A DNA stretch of 62,057 bases, filler included, from Gonapodya sp. JEL0774 (taxonomy: Eukaryota), in the NCBI GenBank assembly GCA_027604505.1. It is 14 parts of 14 records of this genome, joined end to end, with 100 filler letters (N's around TTAATTAATTAA, not from the genome) between each part and the next. Parts side by side here need not be neighbours in the genome. Positions count along the whole stretch, not along the records: positions 22,312 to 26,651 come from JADIIX010000973.1; positions 26,752 to 31,090 come from JADIIX010000974.1; positions 31,191 to 35,527 come from JADIIX010000975.1; 11 more parts are not named here. The stretch is one strand, 5' to 3'. Each line of letters starts with the position of its first letter. Within the stretch, counting starts at the first letter, position 1. The notes below the pieces were generated by a model. The model did not search any database. It was given only the letters and a program-made list of their open reading frames with translations, and was not told the DNA's origin. Of this stretch, positions 23,343-32,907 are shown piece by piece. The translations under genes were made by a program, and so were the position numbers.

Positions 23343-24029
23343 CTACCGCACATATAACGTCTTGAGCCGAGTACCATCAACAACATCATCAGGGACAGGA
23401 AATATACCGATTCCACCTGTTGGTAATGGGGTTCCAAATTCTTTCATGGAATTTGACTCCATACCATGTGGTTGAGTTCTGTTCTGTCCTTCATTGACAT
23501 TGCGCGCTTTGGCGACATGAACAGTTGCTGGGTAGACTCGACTTCCATATCGCTGACTGGGCTTTGACAAACTATCAGGCATATCATCTGACTGCGATTC
23601 GAGATCCACTGTCGTGGGCAATCTATTCTTTTCCCTATTCATCATGAATCGCACATGTCGGGGCCCTCGCTTCGCGCCACTAGCATTGCGCAGTATGCTA
23701 GGCTTCGTGGAATATCTCATATTCAATGGTTGCGGTTTAATTCCAGGAATAATTGCAACCGGATCAGCATTAGAGCGCGCTGGTATGTCGTTTTTGTTGT
23801 TTGCAAGGACGACTTCTCTGATAATAGCGTAAACTATAACTACGACCACGGCATGAAAATAATCGTAATCTGTCACTGTTAAGGTAAGTGAAAACAATAC
23901 TATGAGAGGAAACAGCGAATCCCGAAACAGTCCAGGCGCATGACGAAGAAGATCACCTGTAAGCGATTGACCACCCACATAAGCGATGTAAGTGACGAGC
24001 GCGTTCCTACACTTTTCTACAGTGAGCAT
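23343..24029 (-). CDS. Hypothetical viral-type membrane protein, 228 aa
   Basis: Intact ATG ORF, convergent with the previous gene (3-bp gap). N-terminal hydrophobic segments LFPLIVLFSLTLTV and AVVVVIVYAII. Confidence 0.6.
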   Translation of the reverse strand: MLTVEKCRNALVTYIAYVGGQSLTGDLLRHAPGLFRDSLFPLIVLFSLTLTVTDYDYFHAVVVVIVYAIIREVVLANNKNDIPARSNADPVAIIPGIKPQPLNMRYSTKPSILRNASGAKRGPRHVRFMMNREKNRLPTTVDLESQSDDMPDSLSKPSQRYGSRVYPATVHVAKARNVNEGQNRTQPHGMESNSMKEFGTPLPTGGIGIFPVPDDVVDGTRLKTLYVR

Positions 24030-24158
24030 TCACGTACTCGATTTATGTTGAACGACGAGCCAACAGAAAACTCAAAAGAAACAAATGTATTGACGGATGT
24101 TTTTGTTTATTTTTTTTTTTTTTTGTTTTATTCATGTGTGTACAAAGAAGAGAAGATC

Positions 24159-25136
24159 ATGGAGATTGTGAATATCAGATCGTTCAACATGGAGCGCCTT
24201 GCATTTGCACAAACATTTAAGAAGGACCGTTATTATAGAGCTCCGTCGTACTTAAAAGACACTAATAAGATATTGGGATTCAAGATAGACTCGAGGCAAG
24301 CAAACTTGCTTAGTACATCGGGTGGTGATCAATATCTTTCCATTACGATTGGAGGAGCCGATAACATCCCCAAGTTTGTGAAACAACTTGAAAAGGCTGC
24401 AATCGACTACGCGGAAGCAAATAGCGCGAAACTTTTCAATACGGTATACGATCGCCGTAAAATTCTTAGAGCCTTTGGAACAGCACTTCGAGTGGACAAG
24501 GAGGGCGCCAGCGTTATCACTGTTAAAGTTGGCCCGTCGACAAGTGTCGTTGCGTTTAATGCCCAGAAATCTTCGATCGCAAAGGTATTCTCGAGCGCTG
24601 ACTCAAGAGCCGAAATTGACACTATTGTATCCTTGGAGGGTATTGTTGCAGGAAGAATGTCTTTTCAACTTGAACTCGTGGCTGCATTTGTACGAGTTCA
24701 CCGTGGTTCGCAGGCATTTGTAACTACACAGGAGGCTCTTGACGCATTTGGAGCTCATGATGACGCAGATGGCGATATTGCTACGATGGTACAGGGAGCA
24801 AAAGGTCCTCTCCGCGTTCCAATAGGTCGGAAGTCTGATCAATGTATCGGACCAGACGACGATAACGAGGAGGACGACGACGAGTGTGACGATAATGATG
24901 ATGATGATGATATTGATATTGATGATAACACCGATCATATCATTAAACCCACCGCGGAAGCCGAGGAAGGTTATAGTGCAGCCGTCACATCCGAGATCGT
25001 GAATACGAGTGCTGACGAGACCCCCACATCCACTGACGATCCTGTCACTGTTCCGAGCCTTTCCACTTCTGAAAGTGTAGATGAAAATACGTCAGTTCAT
25101 CGTGCGTCGGAAAGTGTATCTCCCAAAAAGACATGA
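24159..25136 (+). CDS. NCLDV-type single-stranded DNA-binding protein (T7 gp2.5-like OB fold, acidic tail)
   Basis: MEIVNIRSFNMERLAF..., FVKQLEKAAIDYAEANSAKLF, IVSLEGIVAGRMSFQLELVAAFVRV and a long D/E-rich tail. This layout is typical of giant-virus SSBs. ATG 24159 follows a T tract. Confidence 0.7.
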   Translation: MEIVNIRSFNMERLAFAQTFKKDRYYRAPSYLKDTNKILGFKIDSRQANLLSTSGGDQYLSITIGGADNIPKFVKQLEKAAIDYAEANSAKLFNTVYDRRKILRAFGTALRVDKEGASVITVKVGPSTSVVAFNAQKSSIAKVFSSADSRAEIDTIVSLEGIVAGRMSFQLELVAAFVRVHRGSQAFVTTQEALDAFGAHDDADGDIATMVQGAKGPLRVPIGRKSDQCIGPDDDNEEDDDECDDNDDDDDIDIDDNTDHIIKPTAEAEEGYSAAVTSEIVNTSADETPTSTDDPVTVPSLSTSESVDENTSVHRASESVSPKKT

Positions 25137-25178
25137 GTTTCTTATTTTTTTTTTTTTCTGTATGGTCATTGCTATGCT

Positions 25179-26312
25179 ATGATTAATCTCCACATCATCA
25201 CGTCTCCCGAAGTGACGAGAATTTTCCATCGCGTGGCAACGGGTGATTTCTCCGTACGCAACATGAGTCTGTATGAACAGGCGTTTATCAGAAAGTCTGT
25301 TCATCGGGGCACCGATATACAACAGTCGATGAAATACGACTATGAACGCTTGGAGTTCCTTGGAGATGCAATCATCAGCGCAGTTGTCGCAAAATATGTC
25401 TTTATGCGATTTCCAACGGAATCTGAGGGATTCCTCACAAAAATGAGGGCTAAAATAGTTCGTAGCTCATCACTAGCACAATTCGCCCAGAATCTCGAGA
25501 TGGCACAATATGTACAGTTCGGTGCTTCAGATCCACTGTTCGACATTGATCAGCGTCGTTTGCAGGCCACTGGTGGAAGCGTGTGTAGTATGGAGCAATG
25601 GCAAAAAATCCTCGAAGATGTGTTCGAGGCATTCGTAGGAGCGATGAGTTTGGACAGCGGATTTGAGGTATGCGAAAGGTTTATAGTGGGCTGTGTGGAA
25701 GATTTTGTTGATTTCGCTGATTTAATATCCTTGAACGATAATTGGAAAGAGCTTTTATACACAAAACTGCGGGAGAGACATATTCCCTTTCCTGGATTCA
25801 CAGATGTTCGAACATTCGGCCATACGGGGACGAAACTTACTATCCAGGGATTACTTCTACCACGAAGTGCTTTCAATACTCAGCAGATCATGGACACCGC
25901 TCAACATGCATTTCACGTCATTCGCACAATATGCCCACATTTGGAATTAGTCATCACTCGTCACTGCATTGATCGGGGCGTCGTCTTGATCGCGGCATCC
26001 GCAGGAACGACAAGAAAAGTCGTTGAACAGTCCATTGCACGTTCCACAATTGAACACTTAGGATGGATGCAATCTTCACCCTTCAATGCACCTGTTACAT
26101 CGCTAGTCCACAGTACATCTTTTCACGCTTCATTGCATCAGGGTCGTGGAAACCAAGTTTCACTGCGACAAGGAGTAAGTAATGGAAGAATGCAGCGAAG
26201 TCATCGCCATGGCCCTTCCCTTCGTTCCCGACGTGAGCCGCCTCGTGGAGAAAGACGTGAAACAAGAGATTGTCCGAGTGGAACGCATTGCCCTCCGCGC
26301 GTAAGCACATGA
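25179..26312 (+). CDS. Ribonuclease III (NCLDV-type) with divergent dsRBD-like C-terminal region
   Basis: Signature YERLEFLGDAII, EGFLTKMRAKIV and ILEDVFEAFVGAM. LYEQAFIRKS and DFADLISLNDNWK resemble viral RNase III. Intronless. Confidence 0.9.
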   Translation: MINLHIITSPEVTRIFHRVATGDFSVRNMSLYEQAFIRKSVHRGTDIQQSMKYDYERLEFLGDAIISAVVAKYVFMRFPTESEGFLTKMRAKIVRSSSLAQFAQNLEMAQYVQFGASDPLFDIDQRRLQATGGSVCSMEQWQKILEDVFEAFVGAMSLDSGFEVCERFIVGCVEDFVDFADLISLNDNWKELLYTKLRERHIPFPGFTDVRTFGHTGTKLTIQGLLLPRSAFNTQQIMDTAQHAFHVIRTICPHLELVITRHCIDRGVVLIAASAGTTRKVVEQSIARSTIEHLGWMQSSPFNAPVTSLVHSTSFHASLHQGRGNQVSLRQGVSNGRMQRSHRHGPSLRSRREPPRGERRETRDCPSGTHCPPRVST

Positions 26313-26651
26313 GTATGTCTCTCTTGTCCACTGTGTAACTTGTTGACGAGGGATCTGGCGGTGCTTCTGACACCGATACAGAAGAAAAACGCGACCGAAG
26401 CTGTGCAATACTTTTCTCATGGATTTGAGACTCACTCATATAAGCGCTCTCCAGTAGTATCTTCATCTTTCTCACAAGGCTGGAAAGCACTGCGGCAGCT
26501 ACATATTTGTCTCGAAGATTCCTAACGAGAAAGACTGAACCATCAGGCGCCATCGCCCATACCAACTGCGATCGACGAGACGACACACTATTTCTAACAT
26601 TTTGAGATACGATGTATGATGCTATGATCACCAAGAGAACACCGCCACCTA
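26095..26651 (-). CDS. WLM-like zinc metallopeptidase of NCLDV type (5' truncated, N-terminal TM)
   Basis: SYTVDK..I.MCLR, LLFHVFLHEAAH (HExxH), GHGDDF..FF.YLL..A..LG and terminal YCG match the conserved giant-virus metal-dependent hydrolase. Confidence 0.85.
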
Positions 26652-26751
26652 NNNNNNNNNNNNNNNNNNNNNNNNNNNNNNNNNNNNNNNNNNNNTTAAT
26701 TAATTAANNNNNNNNNNNNNNNNNNNNNNNNNNNNNNNNNNNNNNNNNNNN

Positions 26752-28196
26752 GCATACATCCCGGTCTCGTCGATACCCCGTCCTAGTGCCACCCAGAGTT
26801 GGGACGAATATTCGAGAATCGGGCGAGTAGTCAGTGAGGACAGGAGAACTTACCCCAGATAGAGAGATCTGCGAGAGTCTTGTTCGCGGCTAGTGCAGCA
26901 CCGATGGAGTCGTTACAGGTACTTCCTGCGGATCGATCTATTCGGCGTCGGGTACACGGATGTTTTGCATGTGAGGTCAAGCTCTGCGCATCGAGACAAG
27001 AACAGACCACGATTTTTGACTCCACTCACAGCACAGGTCCAGGCTGGTCAGCGATTGGTTGTACTTGAGAGCTTCCACGAGAATCTCGATTTCGGAACCT
27101 CTGAATATGTTGCCTGTAGGTAGATTAATAAACGAAACCGTTTTGACTCTTATGCGGACAACGCACCAGCTAGGAATAACGTTTTAAGCGTCTCTTTCGA
27201 TCCCACAAGAGTCGCGAGGGACTCTACAGACCCATGACCGAGCTCGTTCGCTGATAGGGAAGTGCAGGCGTTCCAACATCTACAAGTTCAAAATGATTAG
27301 CTCCCACTTGAGAGGAACTCGTACCCCAAAGGTTCATCAACGATATTTGTTCGTTCCCCTCCAACGCCTTGCAAATAGCCCTGCAACCAGTGTCACCAAT
27401 GAAGTTTCCTGCGATCACATCCAAAGCACTGCGGACCGTAAGACTTTGCTTGCAGACGAACATGTTGGCGACTACGAACCAGGTATGATGAGTTTCGTCA
27501 GCTGGAACTGTTGTGTGGCTAGGCCTGCTGCAATAGCCAGTGCGCCCTCCTCGCCGATCTGCTGAACTGCCGAGCATGGATGATAAATGTCCGCGTTTCA
27601 GGTGATTTGCCACGTCACGCAAACTTCTCGAAACCTGTTCTCACACGACACATCCAACACCGTGAGGCAGCCGCGAGTGAGTACGAGGTAAAGAAATCGG
27701 TTCCATGGGGAAGGCGGCACTGGCGGAGTTTCGGGGAGGAAAGGCCACGTGAGGATATCACAAGCCAGATCCCAGATTTGTAACCGGGGCGCGGGCAGGA
27801 ACGTTTTGGCAGGAGAGGCTGTGATATCATGAGAGTTTCTGTGTTGTCACTCCTCGACTGAATGAAATGGGGCACGAGCAACCCACAAAAGCCAAAAGCT
27901 ACTGAGCGCACTAGGGTCCACCGCGGATAACTTTCTGCGAGAATCTCCAACTGTTTGTACGAGTTGACGTACATCTGCTCATACAGCAAGTCCTCTCCAG
28001 CCACGCACCACTGCCTACACACAAGCGAGAAAGGGCGTACGATTTTCAGTCGCATGCGCATGCCGGTGCGAGGCTTCTGAGCTGGCCCGAGAAGGTGTTG
28101 GAGGATGAGTCGAAGAATGTCTGTGGGGAGCTCGGGTGGGCGAGGACGTGGACACTGGGCAGACACCAATTTCGGTTCGGAGGGAGCTACTGTCAT
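26752..28196 (-). CDS. F-box plus RNI-like LRR protein (spliced, 3' truncated)
   Basis: ELPTDILRLILQHL...SLVCRQWC (F-box). Exons GNFIGDTGCRAICKALEGNEQISLMNLWG and IGAALAANKTLADLSIWG (RI-type LRR). Confidence 0.75.
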
Positions 28197-28843
28197 CAAT
28201 GATGCTGGGGTGTTTCGGATAGCCGAAGTTCGAGTTGTTCGTTCCTGTATGAAGTGTTAGCAATATATGTATTCCTAGATCGGCAGAAACACGTTCTCAT
28301 AACGGTCAAAGCCACCCCAAGCAAGGCCAAAGTCTTCACCCTCGGGATTAAAAACGGAAAGGTTGGAGTCTCGAGTTAGCCATCCAAGGAAGCCGTTATT
28401 GTGCTGGGGGTGGTCGGATGTATTCAGCAGTGATACATTGATTGTATATCTGATCACATTTACCCCTTCTGTTCGAACCAACAAGATTTAACAGGACATG
28501 AATCCTCAGTTCTTGATGGTATGAGAACCAGTACAGCATTAACCTTATCTCCGAAGAAAGTCAGTAGACATATGCATACCAAGTTGGATAAATGCTCCAC
28601 GGAGAGTACCCAAGACGGCACTGCAAACAATTATCTGAAATCTGAATTTCGCGATTTCTTTCCAATTCTGGTCACGAGTGTTTTGGGGTTTGGTCACACT
28701 CAAAGTCACGAGGGTGGCTGGCTGACAACTCCGCCACAGTGCCGTCTGGGGTCAAAACCTCCACTTTCCCAGGCTGCCTCTCGTCGCGTTCCATCCTCTT
28801 TCCGTCCTCCTTTTCTCCTCTCCGCCCGCGCGCCGCTCCCGCA

Positions 28844-31090
28844 ATGTGTGGAATCTTTGGCTGTAAGAACCGAATTTCATTTGCCGCAAGATTCGCGTCC
28901 TTTCTCACGTGTTATATCCTGTCCTTCATCTCCTTGGACTTCCCGTTGGGCCGCCCGTCCTCCGCGACCTGGAATCCCTCGAGCAGATGTAAACTACCTT
29001 GTCGAAAAGAAGAGAGGGTGAGTTGAACCGCCGCTACTTTTGGCGGATTTGGGATGGAATCTTCGTTGGCTTGTTGACACGCTGGGTCGGTCCAGCGGAG
29101 ACATTGCCCATTCAGAGGTTCACGGAAAGGAACTGATAGCAACATATTTGAGCGAGATTTCGGAAGAGTTCGACTAGTTGTCGATTATTGGATGTTCTGT
29201 GGGCCCAACTCCACATCGCCGAATGGTTTCGTTTCGGCGTTATCCTCCATTCCTGACGTCATTCAAAGAATTAAATCTCATGGATGCTTTTCCTATCTAG
29301 CGAGATCATTGATATCATCATCAATGGTCTCAAGCAGCTCGAATATCGCGGGTACGATAGTGCAGGTGATGTTCACTTCTCTTGTTCAACGTCAGTCAAG
29401 TCCTCGGGATTATTATTCACCAATATCCGTACCCGTTTCAAACCTCTCAGGTCTCTGCATCGAAGGCGACAAGCCCGGCGAGGTCCTCATCTACCGTGCC
29501 GTCGGCAAGGTCGCCCTCCTCCGTGAGAAAGTCGACAAATCCACGGTCGACAAGACCAAGACCTTCATGTCCCACGGCGGCATGGCCCACACTCGCTGGG
29601 CCACTCACGGTGTCCCATCTGAGCGCAACTGCCACCCTCACCGGAGTGACAAGAACAACGAGTTTGTGGTGGTCCACAACGGAATGTTGACGAACTACAA
29701 CAAGATTAGGTCTTACTTGGAGAAACACGGCTATGTCTTCGAAAGGTGAGTCGTCACCACCTTGCATATCAGTTTCCTTGTCGAAAATCATGTTTTGAGA
29801 CCAATTCCGCCTCTCCCTTCAGTGACACCGACACCGAAGCCATCGCCAAGCTCCTAAAGTTCATCAACGATGCCGAGCCCAACCAATCCTTCGACGTCCT
29901 TATCAAGAAGGCCCTCGCCATCCTCGAAGGCTCCCTTGCCATTATCGTTAAGTCCACATTCTTCCCCGAAGCCATCGCGTGCGCTCGGAGAGGTAGTCCC
30001 TTGGTCATTGGCGTGAGTGCCAAAAAGGACGTAAAGGAAGTACCAGTGCACCGGGATGATATTGAGCTGGTCAAGCCTGGTGGTGAGTTTTATTCTGATT
30101 AGGATACAGCGCCATGCATGACCTGTTCGATGATCCGTATGTCTCAACATTCGCATCCGCCCTCACCCTTGTTGTTGCACAGAGGAAGACAAGGTCCTCG
30201 ACGCGATCGAAGCCCGTCGCTCCACCAACAACCTCCTCGGTGTTCCCGGCGCCGCCGGTGGCCTGTCCCGCAACTCCTCCCAACCGGACCTCCTTGGCCC
30301 GGACCCCAACCTCTACCGCACCAAGTCCACTGTGTTTTTGAGCGAGAACGACACCCCCATCCCTATCGAGTTCTTCATCGCGAGTGACGCTAGTCCAATT
30401 GTGGAGCACACCAAGCAGGTCATCTACCTGGAGGACTACGATGTCGCGATTATCAACGACGGAGGTGGGTTGAATTCTATAGATTCACTGATGGAAGGAG
30501 CGGCAAGCCGGGAAGGACCTGCGCAAAAGGGATTCGGCAAGTCGGTTTGGACATGCACAAAAGGGATTAGGCAAGCAGACTTGGACATGCACAAAAGGGA
30601 GTAGGCAAGCCGGTTTGGACATGCACAAAAGGGATTGATTGAGGTTTCAGCCGATACTTCGCAAGCATATGCCAACTTCTTCTACCCTCTTCTGTTTTCT
30701 TCAAACAGAGCTCCATGTCCACGTTGCCAAGCCCAAGACACAAGAAGAGAAGATCCGAGAGCTCCTCCCTACTCCTCCTAAGCCCAAGCCCGAGCCCAAG
30801 AAGCCGGAAATCGTCAAGGGCGTCATCCAAACCCTCGAGCTCGAGGTCTCTCGTATCAAGAAGGGTGATTACGACCACTACATGAAGAAGGAGATCTCGG
30901 AGCAACCAGAGTCCATGATGGATACCATGCGAGGTCGGATCAACTTCCAGGAACACACCATTCGGCTCGGTGGTCTGGTGAAGGAAATGGACAGGTTGAA
31001 GGGAGCGAGGAGGATCATTTTCATCGCTTGCGGAACCAGTTTTCACTCGGCGGTTGGGGTGAGCTCTCGATGGACTGATTTTGCACACGT
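28844..31090 (+). CDS. GFA1: Glutamine--fructose-6-phosphate aminotransferase (GFAT), 3' truncated
   Basis: Spliced MCGIFGYVNY...GLKQLEYRGYDSAG, AHTRWATHG, VVHNG, SDTDTE, FFIASDAS, MKKEISEQPES and IIFIACGTSFHS. Confidence 0.97.
30502..30637. repeat. Intronic minisatellite, 4 x 34 bp
   Basis: Units GGCAAG(c/t)CGG/AGAxxxGGACATGCACAAAAGGGAxxx start at 30502, 30536, 30570 and 30604, inside a GFA1 intron. Confidence 0.9.
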
Positions 31091-31190
31091 NNNNNNNNNN
31101 NNNNNNNNNNNNNNNNNNNNNNNNNNNNNNNNNNTTAATTAATTAANNNNNNNNNNNNNNNNNNNNNNNNNNNNNNNNNNNNNNNNNNNN

Positions 31191-32470
31191 TAGGAACAAC
31201 CTGCTCAGCTTCAGAATTCATCGGAACAGGACTCGCGGGCCGAGAATCGGAGCGGACGGGCTTCGTACCAAGTGGTGGTAGGGGAGGAGGAGCAACAGGC
31301 GCGCCACCCTCAGTGTCAGGTAAGGGGATGGTGATAGCCGGGGTCGTTGGTTCAGGGTTCGAGTCGCGACCAATAGTGGCAGGAACAGTGGTTTTGGTTG
31401 TGCTAGCCTCTGGAACGGTGGCTTCACCTTCTTTCAACTCTTGGGTACTGGTAGTATCTTGCTCCGGTACCACTGTTGCATCTACACCGGCTTCAGCAGT
31501 CTCTTTCACAGGGATCGGCGCTGTAATCTTCTTCGGCTCCGGCTCGCGTTCGACAAGGGTGTTCTTCGACACTTTGATATCCTCCATGATCTCCTCACCC
31601 TCCCGCTCGGCTCTGGACAGCACCGTCTCATCCGCAAATGAAGCAACCAGCTCATATAGTTCGCCTCCCTTTCCTCCTCCAACAGATTCAGCGGCGGCGA
31701 GTTCCTTTTTGGTGACCACGGCGCCAGCTTTAAGTAGAGCCCGTGCGACCTCTACGGCAGGGATGACGGCTCGAATTGCGCAAACATCGTCTTCTTTGGT
31801 GGGTGTATCAAGTTCCACGGGGTCTCCCGATGGTGAGAATCTGAGTCGGCGATGCGTGAGAGCAAGTTCGAGCACCGATTGGAAGGTTGGAGCAGCACCG
31901 GCCCGGATATCCCAAGGGCCAGGTACTTTCCAAGTTTTGGATATCCATTTAGCTCGTGGTAGTCCGAGCTTCCAGGAGACGGGTTGGTTCGGCTCATAAC
32001 CTGAGAAATACATTGGATGTAAGTTAGATGAAGAGGTCGATGCGGATCACACGAATCTCCATATCAAGCACTTTTTTCATCCTTATTTTGCGGTTATTGT
32101 TTGATTATTCGAGAAGTTCACCAGAAACAGCTTCCAGTTCGCCCGATTAACAGTTATACGTGGTTTCACCATTCCACACGTAAGTCTCAATCATTTGCCT
32201 CTCTCCAACAGAGCCATCGCACTTACCCGCATCGAGAAGAGTCCTAACAATATCTGCTCGTTTGTCGCGAATAGCTAAGACCATGGCATCCTCGGCCTCT
32301 ATTACAGATTCCACTTCTTCACCTGTGTCCTCAAGCTCTGCTCGCAACCAGACCTGTTTTCTAGCCAAGTTGACGTCTGCTCCATCTCTGATAGCAGACT
32401 GGACCTGGTCCATTCGCCCCGCCTCGATTGCGAGGATCAGGCGGGAGTTTGCCTCTGTAATATCTGTCAT
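31191..32470 (-). CDS. Ankyrin-repeat protein with Pro/Thr-rich tail (spliced, 3' truncated)
   Basis: RLILAIEAGRMDQVQSAIRDGADVN, AMVLAIRDKRADIVRTLLDAG and VEVARALLKAGAVV. Confidence 0.75.
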
Positions 32471-32907
32471 ATCTCCGAGGGCGAAATCGCACTAACAAGA
32501 TGGAATGAGGCGCAATCCGAATGCGTCGATGTTCGGTTGCTGATCCTCAGAGGTGAAAGTGTCCGTGAATGGTATGCAGGCCCGATTTGCAACAGTCTGT
32601 GAGTGGTTGTGGTTTGCTTGTTTGGCCAAGTACAAGAACCAGGCCTTGCACGGCACCCATCCCAAGCCACGCACTGCCAGGACGGTGCCCATTCAACAAA
32701 ATGTCAAGAATCTGATTATAGGCCAGTGCATATATTTATTGGTAAATCGTCCTCAGATACAGGCGGCGCCAAATCAGAGCGTCACCGTCCGATCGTATCA
32801 TGTTTTCGACTCTTTCACATCTGAATCAGGTCATATGAGTACACTCATGAGTCTATGTCTAAGTGTGTCTAGTTAATATATCAATCCAATTCTAGAGTAT
32901 ATGACTT

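Larger units (their letters stand above)
22312..26651. other. Giant-virus-like (Nucleocytoviricota) contig, either endogenous viral element or co-sequenced virus
   Basis: Tightly packed intronless ORFs on both strands with short T-rich spacers, unlike the host contigs. Encodes three NCLDV-typical families: SSB, RNase III and WLM-like metallopeptidase. Confidence 0.8.

Noticed and set aside
25179..26312. Host Dicer/Rnt1 or bacterial rnc operon
   Set aside because: Single RNase III domain, no introns, no era/recO/lepB neighbours, and flanked by NCLDV-type genes.
30502..30637. 34-bp repeats as a CRISPR array
   Set aside because: Head-to-tail units with no unique spacers, inside a eukaryotic intron, and no cas genes.
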